From the NCBI GenBank assembly GCA_937889945.1, contig CALBZC010000013.1, positions 46,432-110,431 on the forward strand: a DNA stretch of 64,000 bases. Reading direction: 5' to 3'. Made by a program: the position numbers and the translations under genes. Below the pieces are notes generated by a model, which saw only the letters and a program-made list of their open reading frames with translations, was not told the origin of the DNA and ran no database searches. Below, piece by piece: positions 18,001 to 22,758 of this stretch. The stretch's first letter is position 1, and the number at the start of each line of letters is the position of its first letter. Origin of the DNA: an uncultured Bacteroidales bacterium. GTDB lineage: Bacteria; Bacteroidota; Bacteroidia; Bacteroidales; UBA4417.

Positions 18001-20627
18001 CCACTTACACTGTTACCGACAATACATGGGATATTTCTGCTACCGACAATGATGCGATTAAATCTATAAAGTATGTACTTACAGGACAAACTACCGGCAG
18101 TGGCGATAACACGCTCAATGGAGTAACATTTAATTTGGGTGTAACAACTGTAAGTTGGACAGTGCTTGACGCAAGCGATAATTCAACTACATGCACCTAT
18201 ACTGTTACTGTTCATGACAGACAAAAACCGGATATTACCAACTGTCTTGATCAAAATAATAAGCAAGTACATACTGATCTTGATGTAAATACCTACACTC
18301 ATAAAGATAATACATGGGATGCCAAAGCCAAAGACAATCACATACTTGAATCATTAAAGTATGAATTATCGGGAGCCACCACCGGAAGCGCCACAGGCGA
18401 TGGAGTTAACACACCCACGCTTAACGGCATTGTATTTAATATGGGACTCACTACCGTAAAATGGACGGCAAGAGATGTAACAGGTAACGAATCTTACTGC
18501 ATTTTCACAGTAAATGTAAGCGATATACAACCTCCAAAAATAGACCATTGTGTAGATAACGACGACAAAACCGAATACTCCGGATTTGGCACTCCGACAT
18601 ACATCAAACATGGTACCGATTGGGACGCTACAGCCACCGACAATGATCCTCCTGTTAAATCAGTTACCTATGATTTAAATGGAGTTACAACAGGAACGGG
18701 AGCTTCATTAGATGGCGTTGCGTTTAATGTGGGTGTAACCAATGTAACTTGGACAGCTATTGACAAGAGCGGTAATTCATCCTATTGTATATTTAAAGTA
18801 ACTATTCCTGAACAGGCTAAACTTGAGATTATAAAAACGGCTAACCGTCCGAATGTTTCAGCTGTTGGAGATACCGTAAAATACAGCATTGCGGTTAAAA
18901 ACCTAAGTAACGTGCCACTCCATCAAATAATTGTTACCGACCCGTTAACAAAACTGCAGGATACAATTACTTCTCTTGCTATTAACGAACAAAAAATAAT
19001 TAATACAATGTATCTCGTTAAGCAGGAAGATTTAGATGTACCTAATGGGTTATTGACCAATATTGCTAGAGGCATAGGCACAACCCCCGGAGGCATTGAT
19101 ACTGAAACAAGCCATAGCGTTGATGTAGTTATTATCCAAAATCCAAGGTTGGAATTAGATAAAACAGCTGATAAAGAAAGCGTGAAGACTTTAGGTGAAA
19201 CTATAAATTATACAATAAAAGTTCAGAATACCGGAAACGTAACATTAACAAATGTAACTATTACCGACCCGCTGACCGCACTGAACCAAACTATTGCCAA
19301 ATTTAGCCCGAAGGAAGAAAAAGTATTTACTACTTCTTACGCGGTTACGCAAGCCGATTTGGATAGAGGTTTTATTGAAAATATAGTATCAGGCACTGCC
19401 GTTAATCCTAATGGCACAAACAGCACAGCTACTGACATTGTAAGAGTTAAAGCTATTCAATTACCAAGCTATAAGACGACAAAAGAATCGGATAAAAACT
19501 TGGTTAAGGATGTCGGAGAGGTTATTAATTATACCATAACTGTGACAAATAGCGGCAATGTAACATTAACAAATACTGAGGTTAAAGACCCGTTAACCGG
19601 ACTATCTCAAACTATACCGAGCATGAAACCGGGAGATGTTAGTTCATTTGTAACTTCATACACGGTAACACAAGGCGATATAGATAAAGGATATATTAAA
19701 AATGTGGTAGTTGCGAAAGGAAATTCACCCGATCCAAAAGTTCCTCCTATTGAAGGAGATACTACTAAAATTGTGTATGTTGCCATTGTTGCACGTCCGG
19801 ATACTGCCAGAACAACAGTAAGAGTTCCTGTAGATATTAAAGTATTAGCAAACGATACTACTTACAACAGGACGTTGGCTATGACTATAACGCAACAACC
19901 TATAGGTGGTTCCGTAATTATTAATCCGGATTTGACCGTAACATACATACCGTTAGCTGGTTTCTACGGAACAGACAACTTCATCTATCAAATCTGCACT
20001 ACTAATCCTACAATACCCGTTTCATGCGATACGGCAATTGTACGAATAAATGTAATTAAGTTACCTATTAAACCATCTGTAACTGAACATTACACCATGT
20101 ATGTAGATGATCCTCCAATTCAACTAAGTAACTTGCTTGATAGCATTACCAAAATAAAAGGAAAGTTAAAAATGATATACCAACCTTTCCACGGAACAGC
20201 TACTGTTAATGATGCTGACAGCACTATTTTCTATAAACCTTTACCCAAATATGTGGGCGACGATAACCTCACCTATGAAGTATCTGTTGATAACAAATGT
20301 GTAATTCACAATGCGGTTATACATGTATTACCAAGACCGGTACCTACAATTATCGTTCACAATGTAATTACGCCTAACGGTGATGGAATTAACGATTACT
20401 TGGTAATTGACAGTATTGAAAAATATCCTGTAAACAAAGTAACTATATTTGACAGATGGGGTAATACCATTACGGTTATAGAAAATTACGATAATAAAAC
20501 CCAACGTTGGGGAGGTATGTACAAGGATAACAGAAAAGTCGTTGACGGAGTTTATTATTATAAAATAGAATTGCCCGACAGAAAATCTATTTTAGGATGG
20601 ATACTGGTTCGCAGTTCACGAAGTTAA
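3096..20627 (+). CDS. Giant modular cell-surface protein/adhesin (~5,840 aa) with HYR-type Ig-like modules, DUF11 repeats and a T9SS type-B (gliding motility-associated, CHU_C) C-terminal domain
   Basis: One uninterrupted ORF. The track starts at TTG 3090 and the first ATG is at 3096. Signal peptide: MKNIYLVKKFTLCFCFSFLFISLSPFAYAQ. Many modules end in the x-V-T-V-x-D-x-x-x-P boundary typical of HYR domains. The C-terminus (ITPNGDGINDYLVIDSIEKYP..IFDRWGNTI..GVYYYKIEL..GWILV) matches the gliding-motility C-terminal domain consensus. Confidence 0.95.
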   Translation: MKNIYLVKKFTLCFCFSFLFISLSPFAYAQKEFTKRINNLHIKGDYILFGNTNMTLLNYATSTNNSLNQMIYVDIDNDASTLNSSKSKAYFSTENGAIPSCSKIKFAGLYWIGRAHDYANPSQSPNTFTVTKNGTTYNLNKRKVLLKGPRASTYTEFTANAEDILYPSYENDNLYTGFVDITNYVIAQTQDKITSDGDYYTVANIALREGNGGSVGYCGAWAIIIVYENSKMNWRDIAVFDGYKYMNAENSPKDLEIDGFKTSSKGNVNMKMGLLACEGDVGITGDYFYLLYNGNNTYPLKHSLNSTNNFFNSSIYTGKPFSVNDTDRDPNLKNNTGIDICMFNIYNPGNTYIKNNQTSATFRYGSSQDVYSISLIAMSVDAYVPEIDGSNLVTQLNGVNVTNTSPLTIEPGQPIGYTLDLQNSGTENILDSKIYIPLSSVTQNIKILKYEDGYPEPIIIPGGANVSIPGDPTAGYAKIPAPYGYIEWNIGEFKVGSHAQLKYSVESTTNCFSLRNPGCNPDGLNITTQAIIRGKGKTSETYITDGISNFGYTQGICKDPIWEKQKVNITNVDAFVAAHCGLPENKNLCPGVPEAKTEFKFAGRPTDSPIGTTYSWKNDNTAIGLAASGNGDLPAFTPINNGTTVLTANITVYPTKNGCTGNSITFKIYVNPAPKPTAPDITSCPHRGVITFAAIATPGYELQWYDAASGGSPLSNAPTANTEVLTPTTYTKYVSLKMTTPPYCEGPRVAVRVIVQDTEKPVITKCPPAYSAVGCNENDISTNLPYSPSPKSVSKTDFENVAGGGATDNCDIIDWSYQDTKQVNTTNIIISRTWTIKDWIGNSASCVQRITITNATPPTITCPADITQTITDANANCTKSILTPKPVIQQDYKCDWTISWVMTGATTSSSVITGQNYVDEHIFNIGVTTITYTVTNSFGASSSCTFKVTVLDGTNLNITKCPPAITKSGCAVNDLSKSGIPAYKTTETEVTQSIFEGQLGTTSKICGTVYYYYQDVLVNSSCPVTINRTWKVTDKGTRTATCVQVINLNDGINPYFKTCPPSVTKDLTGAASTIAITIADPGATDDGCGIKSLSWKIVYPTGYVPTNASGTGVIGTHNFPSGISTVTYTTLDQCNNAATCTFTVTVSDITPPNIPTCPPDKTLEGCSTADLLTSTVVNPAPAPATHLGYSETTVIVTKAQFEAEGGTATDNVGVVEYAYSDKKEATICPITVTRTWTVKDASGKTATCKQVFTIEDKTPPTLNWSQTNVTADAASNCAKKVSIALPTYSDNCTSNPLTLIWEIKDNKNVTIDKSPTTGINTINEYEFPIGILTFTYTLTDACNNSITKSFTVNIQDHTAPVITTCPEDRDITGCNTDALLAKLSLAYNETGTTVTSTQFSNAGGVASDNCAIKTYAYKDSKTGVCPIIVKRTWTVEDKYGNKNAIACVQTITIKDNTAPVLSCPPAPAPISITDNSNSIIVNTPNPTVIEDCTENPVTLTWEIKFPTGHVPPTETGTGNIGNHQFPIGTSTITYTAKNVCNLSSTPCSFEIKVIDNSNPTITKCPPAQSIEGCDENAIGAKWPTLPFSLVKKTVTENDFTTIAGGSASDNNGITEYIYQDVITSAANECPMKVTRTWTVKDAQGNATTCEQEIEIKDSTNPTIAQLANITQNLLADCKATIITTNPTYNDNCKVASLSYIITGALTDQSATTGIHFVGKKDFPVGTSTITYTVTDVCGNTASMHFDVTVIDNIPPKVSCPINKTIEGCDEKAIVPAYKTTETTITTTEFTNLGGTADDNCGIKSITYKDAITQASCPTKVERTWTVTDNNNQRVSCVQTITIEDQKAPEFTTFPANITQNIDGTTCSASVINNNPGEKDNCGVKTLTYIIRGATTKDSPLIGINYVGTQNFNAGVSTVTYTATDVCGKSTTQSYTVTVVDNLPPTITTCPPTQNLSGCSTSAIVSPLPVYSEIETNATAAEFGTGASDNCGALTYSYKDSQKIVGCVIEVSRVWTVKDRFNNTSTCTQIINIKDNDPPTITPPAKVTQAAGANCKATVTLQKPSYGDNCKVESLTWEITGATTGVSPTTGINELTSYEFNVGISTVTYTVKDACGAANTASFIVEVKDQSAPTITKCPTDRNISGCSENDLTGPVFSSTQRASTKEEFENTNLGGASDNCGITQYLYQDTKIDGCPITILRKWTVVDAANLSATCTQTIKIEDTEAPIFKTCPSNITANVTSECLANVTTPDPGVDDKCGLKSLTYKIEYGTDPPINSSTTGINLIGSRDFKVGVSTVTYTATDHCNKTATCSYTVTVVDNVPPTVICPSDVNVNTDLGTCEATVVLTTPFTDDNCGVASVTNNAPPTYPKGTTTVIWTVIDIHGNTTTCSQKVTVTDNENPIIKTCPSEKTLNGCDEAALSSTGLPFSLNTLHTATKIQFEGEGGVASDNCNVTEYNYLDVKRGSCPVIVTRTWIVKDENGNTSLPCTQTITIKHNNKPVIGTPNGSKIVNCISELVKPTLPVVNDYCGNSINPTLYSTTDSPNPLTCQGTREYVYRYQDCYGNFADWKFVYSLQAKDFTLPPNGSSKINCISEDVQPTPPTVKDACGTHNLTSIFKTRVVNPNICDSKATITYTYTYTDCSGNFSHDWKHVVTVLNDIPPTATQPLDITVECVGDVPGPNEKSIQNVKSHCGSPVNVTVTDDIRGNTCSKTLPYIIRTYTLEDCSGKKNTYTQNIFVNDITPPVMSKCPDMIKTTTAGGTASIIIPTPTVTDNCGSVTITHNSAYGTSSTNASGNYPIGSHLVTFTATDACGNESTCTVPVIVDDDNAPHMTCPPISSIICERELPTIPIYTTLDEYEAAAGATVTDAGTGVDRASFKFDGATKSGTCPTYIYRWYSVSDNANPKNWAKCVHTITVDDRQAPVITGTLPTLSVEGCKPADAPAAKTNGTDLAALLTGAGAGITDNCLETKDLIVTSKDTYSGQCPITLIRTYTVKDLCGNNATIQQTIEINDTQAPVITGSIPTEHISGCELAVANENLNTVPQFLAQFTMISITDCISNDLLSITKKDVVTKTSCPITIERTYTITDICGKSSTITRTILIEDNEKPTYTGSLSDLNINGCPLSDKPSAATNYSELVGLGLFAHDNCTADNDLKVTSSDAVPTSECPIKFVRTYTINDACDNSLVLTQNISINDNTAPLITGTLPTTPIPGCDISAAPAQYKNVAELEAAGLTITDCTTDDKLTVTCEQSTDKTCPIVVKRVYTVTDLCDNSSSYTQYFTIEDKTPPTIKDKVNGLIVSTRDTHVNGCKITDVPAAKTTILDIEKELNVDIADACSGKNLTFTSTDKPVLLTCPFHVERTYTVKDECQNSITVIQNIYIEDKIAPSVSLPTKEVNLSGCNTNILPSATHSITQLETDFGFTISDNCTAKNELTFVFDKDTPNGSCPIKVTRSGFIVDKCTNRTPISFVYNIVDNEAPKLGGILPTGETNMNICRANAPTGPTEAEIKALYTDNCSDVTVTKTGGVTGDDCSWTVTYTYAIEDACHNKVTPSPTITYTGGDTEGPQFTPPANVNVNTDAGQKFATVTIAVPTVTDNCDASPLLDNNKNSGTNNASGQYPIGTTTVKYTAKDKCNNVTEKSFTVTVTDKEDPKITCKAGGPFNKDTDPGKDYYTVIGTEFDATATDNSGTVTLTNNLNGGISLAGVQLGLGPNSIIWTATDPYGNSKTCITIINVSDNEPPHIECKLGSPFSRNTDNGQPTYTVQGEEFDPEKFGDNVAGATISHNFTGAPSTTTLAGAKLPIGTHDIIWTVRDVAGKTATCTTRVIIIDNQKPEITCVAGSPFSRNTNSGAKTYTVVGTEFNPTVVSDNSGTYTLTNSFNGTNTLAGATLPIGSTDIIWTATDPSGLFATCPIKVIVTDIEPPAITCAVTGNQTITLAAGSKTYTHNGKSWDATATDNDGTTPVMTYTLKDDKSGNVIGTGNSLNGVVFNIGEYTITWVATDQAGNTSTNPCEFKLIVKDDEKPTSSANCNNGGHFDRNMDNGKKTYTIKATDNWDVVFTDNDKVTTQGVTLSGATTTATTLSTLVGVVLNKGTTTIKWDAMDASGNTSTCQFTVTVTDNQPPVISVCENNITLHEANTDDGVNTYTVKATDNWDATVTDNDAMASFTAVLSGATTATISGTAYSAGPPPVAYIPATLAGTTFNIGTTHVKWTATDINGLTSECNFTVEVKDIENPKPDCPPTLDKIYYTDNGVSTYTIKTTDNIDISATDNNGILSISYELTGKTTGTATGTPSSPPSLVGIPFNMGITMVKWTFTDNSGNKAYCSYTVTVKDSETPKITNCVGQGLLSPASAPVDPATITDAMLITGGYVQTVNPDSHEKYYTQTTTAWDATATDNVNLVSMTYNLTGATTGSGNSLQNAKFTVGRTRVTWTAVDDSGNKSYCIFIVDVVDIEPPTLDCKGIGSQTKNTDEGKNTYTVPDNTWDATATDNVELFSFGYTLTDPDGVVVTTTGTTLYNVSFKIGTSHVKWVARDIYGLEATCEYDITVVDNQPPKFTDCVNSPLGDRTVENTLGNTSYIHSGTGWDAHATDNDFVDVFNVELSGATTLTIVGNQTNPPSLNGVEFKSGLTTVLWTIKDKAGQTVTCSFTVRVIDTEPPKPDCGALVDQTKNADDGVSTYTHTDNSWNVTATDNDAIKSMEYVLSGATTGTGNTLNGVNFNVGLTHVLWVVTDNSDNTATCKFDVTVKDNQPPKLDCEAGSNKLVTTDPGLNVFIKSGTDWDAKVNENHLLKSLTYTLSGATKGTGSTLNGTVFKMGVTTVTWIATDVSGNVSLPCEYTVTVEDKEPPVITNCALITANPIITVVAEIGTNKYIKLGTDWDAIATDNDEVKSVIYTMTGATTGTGYTLNGVQFNIGETTITWIATDKSGNTSAPCTFIFRLEDKEPPKISNCKDGSNKDVDAEHDKTTYTVTDNTWDISATDNDAIKSIKYVLTGQTTGSGDNTLNGVTFNLGVTTVSWTVLDASDNSTTCTYTVTVHDRQKPDITNCLDQNNKQVHTDLDVNTYTHKDNTWDAKAKDNHILESLKYELSGATTGSATGDGVNTPTLNGIVFNMGLTTVKWTARDVTGNESYCIFTVNVSDIQPPKIDHCVDNDDKTEYSGFGTPTYIKHGTDWDATATDNDPPVKSVTYDLNGVTTGTGASLDGVAFNVGVTNVTWTAIDKSGNSSYCIFKVTIPEQAKLEIIKTANRPNVSAVGDTVKYSIAVKNLSNVPLHQIIVTDPLTKLQDTITSLAINEQKIINTMYLVKQEDLDVPNGLLTNIARGIGTTPGGIDTETSHSVDVVIIQNPRLELDKTADKESVKTLGETINYTIKVQNTGNVTLTNVTITDPLTALNQTIAKFSPKEEKVFTTSYAVTQADLDRGFIENIVSGTAVNPNGTNSTATDIVRVKAIQLPSYKTTKESDKNLVKDVGEVINYTITVTNSGNVTLTNTEVKDPLTGLSQTIPSMKPGDVSSFVTSYTVTQGDIDKGYIKNVVVAKGNSPDPKVPPIEGDTTKIVYVAIVARPDTARTTVRVPVDIKVLANDTTYNRTLAMTITQQPIGGSVIINPDLTVTYIPLAGFYGTDNFIYQICTTNPTIPVSCDTAIVRINVIKLPIKPSVTEHYTMYVDDPPIQLSNLLDSITKIKGKLKMIYQPFHGTATVNDADSTIFYKPLPKYVGDDNLTYEVSVDNKCVIHNAVIHVLPRPVPTIIVHNVITPNGDGINDYLVIDSIEKYPVNKVTIFDRWGNTITVIENYDNKTQRWGGMYKDNRKVVDGVYYYKIELPDRKSILGWILVRSSRS
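3186..4250 (+). other. Unique (non-repeated) N-terminal head domain of the giant protein, about 355 aa
   Basis: This stretch has no internal repeat partner elsewhere in the protein. Landmarks: KGDYILFGNTNMT, FAGLYWIGRA, GGSVGYCGAWAIIIVYEN, LACEGDVGITGDYFYLL. Family not assigned. Confidence 0.6.
4251..5374 (+). other. Beta-sandwich / PKD-like / Ig-like (CHU_C-associated type) linker region of the giant protein
   Basis: DUF11-like stretch IEPGQPIGYTLDLQNSGTENI. PKD-like stretch TTYSWKNDNTAIGLAASGNGDLPAFTP..ITVYPTKNGCTG. Also GYELQWYDAASGGSPL, a motif common in Ig-like domains of Bacteroidota CHU_C proteins. Confidence 0.5.
5375..10595 (+). repeat. Block A: 9 Cys-rich 'RTWTV' modules alternating with 9 classic HYR modules (each about 90-100 aa)
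   Basis: By my count the order is R1 H1 R2 H2 ... R8 H8 H9 R9. R pattern: (I/V)TKCPP..x..GC ... DNCG ... Y.Y.D ... CP..V.RTWTVKD..GN..TC.Q.I.I.D...P. H pattern: C.A.V....P.Y.DNC.V.SL.Y.I.GAT......TGIN.....F.VG.STVTYT.TD.CGN...C.F.VTV.D..PP. Confidence 0.8.
10596..11866 (+). repeat. Transition block: 4 variant Cys-containing modules plus one HYR module
   Basis: Variant modules such as NGSKIVNCISELVKPTLPVVNDYCGN and NGSSKINCISEDVQPTPPTVKDACGT. One HYR module: VMSKCPDMIKTT..TVTDNCGSVTI..GSHLVTFTATDACGNESTC. Confidence 0.6.
11867..13795 (+). repeat. Block B: 7 tandem ~90-aa 'RTYTV' modules without intervening HYR
   Basis: Each reads AP(V/L)ITG(T/S)(L/I)P...(I/V).GC .... (A/I)TD(N)C ... CPI...RTYT(V/I).D.C.N......Q.I.I.D..(A/K)P. 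I count seven copies. Confidence 0.75.
13796..18810 (+). repeat. Block C: 17 tandem ~98-aa HYR-like modules carrying a W-D-A-T-A-T-D-N motif
   Basis: I count 17 module boundaries of the form V.V.D.(E/Q)(P/K)P. The recurrent core is TYT....WDATATDND...S..Y.L.GATTG.G..LNGV.FN.G.T.V.W.A.D.SGN...C.F.V.V.D..PP. Confidence 0.8.
18811..19780 (+). repeat. 3 DUF11 ('conserved repeat domain') repeats
   Basis: LEIIKTANRPNVSAVGDTVKYSIAVKNLSNVPL..VTDPLT, then LELDKTADKESVKTLGETINYTIKVQNTGNVTLTNVTITDPLT, then YKTTKESDKNLVKDVGEVINYTITVTNSGNVTLTNTEVKDPLT. Each is followed by Y.VTQ.D.D.G motifs. Confidence 0.85.
19790..20340 (+). repeat. 2 cadherin-like / bacterial Ig (Big_9-type) domains
   Basis: Patterns ARPDTARTTVRVPVDIKVLANDT...TVTYIPLAGFYGTDNFIYQI and ...STIFYKPLPKYVGDDNLTYEV. 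Confidence 0.55.
20341..20624 (+). other. T9SS type-B C-terminal sorting domain (gliding motility-associated C-terminal domain, CHU_C)
   Basis: HNVITPNGDGINDYLVIDSIEKYPVNKVTIFDRWGNTITVIENYDN..WGG......VVDGVYYYKIELPDRKSILGWILVR. Confidence 0.9.
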
Positions 20628-20640
20628 CAAGGTTTAATAT

Positions 20641-20674
20641 AAAAATAGCGCCTCGATTGAGGCGCTATTTTTAT
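20641..20674 (+). terminator. Rho-independent terminator of the giant gene
   Basis: Perfect 14-bp stem aaaaatagcgcctc / gaggcgctattttt with loop gatt, followed by a T-run. It begins 14 nt after the stop codon. Confidence 0.85.
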
Positions 20675-20781
20675 GTATATTCCTCCTCTCCTATTTATCA
20701 GGAATTTAATTTTAGTTTTTCGTTAAAGCATTCAAAAACATTTTTAAATTTATTGCTTCAATATTTTCAAAAATACCATCT

Positions 20782-22743
20782 ATGAATAACCCTTTTGATG
20801 CTTTTGCCAATTACCAACAAACAAAAAAAGATATAGGTTATGTAGCGCGCCGGCAAGCTACGCAAGAAACATACAACCAACTGGGCTTCATGTCGGGATT
20901 GGAAGTGCACCAGCAACTCAACACCAAAGAAAAACTTTTTTGCCGTTGTCCGGCAGGTGTTTTTCAAAAACCCGATGACTTTGATGCGGAAGTTATACGC
21001 CACATGCGCCCCACGTTGAGCGAACTCGGCGAATATGACGGTACTGCATTAATGGAATTTAAAACAAAAAAGGAAATTATTTATCGCTTAAAAACCAAGA
21101 GCACATGCACATATGAAGTAGATGACACACCTCCTTTTCCTTTAAACAGGGAAGCTTTGGCGTATGCCATAGAAATATCGCTTGCATCAAAGCTTAATAT
21201 TGTGGGAGAAGTACACATTACACGCAAGCAATACTTAGACGGCAGCATTCCTGCTGGATTTCAACGAACGGCAATTATTGGTGTGGAAGGTGAAATCTAT
21301 TTAAAGAATAAAAAAATACGTTTAATACAGCTTAGCCTGGAAGAAGATGCTTGCCGCGAAGTTAGTGATATAGGACATAGGCGCATATACCGTACTGACC
21401 GCTTAGGTATGCCTTTAATTGAAACGGTTACATATCCGGAAATGGTGAACCCCGACGAAGTAAAAGAAGCCTGCAATTATATACGTTTCTTAGGGCGCAG
21501 CACAGGTAAAGTGCGTACGGGAATAGGCGCGGGAAGGCAGGATGTAAACGTAAGTTGCAAAGGAGGAACACGCGTAGAAATAAAAGGAGTAGCACACAGC
21601 AAGTGGATTCCTGAACTTACACATAATGAATGTTTCAGACAATGGGCATTGCTGCATATTAAAGATTTATTGGCACAAAAAGCAGAAAAACAACAGGAGT
21701 GGAAAATTTCACATGTAAAACTTGATATAAACACATTAAATAAAGAAAATGATTTTGTAAAATATGCGCTGGATAATAAGTTAGAATTAGTCGCGGTAAA
21801 CCTTTCAGGGTTTAAAGGTATCCTTTCTCATTTTACACAACCCGGAAAAATGTTTGCTAACGAAATCGCGGAAAGATTGAAAGTAATTGCCTGCATTGAA
21901 TTACCTAATATGACTCATTCCGAAGAACTTATACCACAGTTGGATAAAGATATATGGGCTAAAATATCAAGGTTAGTAAACGCTGCCCAAAATGATGCGC
22001 AAATTATTGTACGCGGACCTTCAGAAGATATAACAATGGCGCTGGATGTGATAGAAGAGCGTTGCAAAATGGCATTCAGCGGTGTACCACCCGAAACACG
22101 CAAATCTTTTGAAGACGGCACAACCATTTTTGAGCGCGTGTTGCCCGGTGCAGATCGTATGTATCCTGATACGGATTCTGCCCCTATCCCTTTGGATAAT
22201 GCATACATCGAAATGTTAGGAAAAAATCTTCCGGAAGAAATTATCAACAGATATCGTAAATTAAAATCGTGGAATGTGCCTGAAGATTGTTACACGTATA
22301 TTTTCTCCAAAAATTTATATCCCTTAATCGAAAAAATTAATACCGAGCTTGATATTCCTGCAACATTCGTAGGCAGGTTTTTAGGACATACCGTAAAATG
22401 GATTGAAGGACAGTTTAAACCGGCTTCGGCATTCGAATATTCAAAAATTTACGACATGTTTAAGTTTTTAAAAGAAAAAAATCTGAATCTGAATATAGCT
22501 AAACGCCTTTTAATGATAATATATCAACATCCGCAACTTGATTTTGAATCGGGGCTTTCCATGTTAAATTTTAAGCCTTTTACCGAAGATGAATTATTAA
22601 GTAAATTGCCATTTCTTAAAAATAAGTTTAAAGAAATTAAACTTTCTAAAGGTGATGTAGCGCATAAATGGCTGATGGGACAACTACGCATGCAAGCCGA
22701 AGGCAATATAGAATTAACAGCGCTTGCAAAAAAAATTAGCTAA
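20782..22743 (+). CDS. gatE: Archaeal-type glutamyl-tRNA(Gln) amidotransferase subunit E (GatE-like)
   Basis: 653 aa, which is GatE-sized and longer than GatB. Motifs: GLEVHQQLNTKEKLFCRC, RPTLSELGEYD, DDTPPFPLN, RKQYLDGSIPAGFQRT, LEEDACRE, DRLGMPLIETVT, GRQDVNVS..RVEIKGV, GVPPETRK..DGTT..LPGADRMYPDTD. A GatD-like gene is directly adjacent. Confidence 0.8.
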   Translation: MNNPFDAFANYQQTKKDIGYVARRQATQETYNQLGFMSGLEVHQQLNTKEKLFCRCPAGVFQKPDDFDAEVIRHMRPTLSELGEYDGTALMEFKTKKEIIYRLKTKSTCTYEVDDTPPFPLNREALAYAIEISLASKLNIVGEVHITRKQYLDGSIPAGFQRTAIIGVEGEIYLKNKKIRLIQLSLEEDACREVSDIGHRRIYRTDRLGMPLIETVTYPEMVNPDEVKEACNYIRFLGRSTGKVRTGIGAGRQDVNVSCKGGTRVEIKGVAHSKWIPELTHNECFRQWALLHIKDLLAQKAEKQQEWKISHVKLDINTLNKENDFVKYALDNKLELVAVNLSGFKGILSHFTQPGKMFANEIAERLKVIACIELPNMTHSEELIPQLDKDIWAKISRLVNAAQNDAQIIVRGPSEDITMALDVIEERCKMAFSGVPPETRKSFEDGTTIFERVLPGADRMYPDTDSAPIPLDNAYIEMLGKNLPEEIINRYRKLKSWNVPEDCYTYIFSKNLYPLIEKINTELDIPATFVGRFLGHTVKWIEGQFKPASAFEYSKIYDMFKFLKEKNLNLNIAKRLLMIIYQHPQLDFESGLSMLNFKPFTEDELLSKLPFLKNKFKEIKLSKGDVAHKWLMGQLRMQAEGNIELTALAKKIS

Positions 22744-22758
22744 GCGGATTTTTTATTA

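Noticed and set aside
4541-18611. About 35 minus-strand ORFs of 60-186 codons listed in the track inside the giant gene (for example 12665..13225, 7253..7660, 17351..17755).
   Set aside because: All are antisense to one continuous, clearly coding + strand frame with recognisable domains. Their translations are low-complexity mirror images (V/T/S/G-rich) of the repeats. They are explained by the strong period-3 codon bias of the Thr/Val/Asn-rich gene, which depletes stop codons on the opposite strand.
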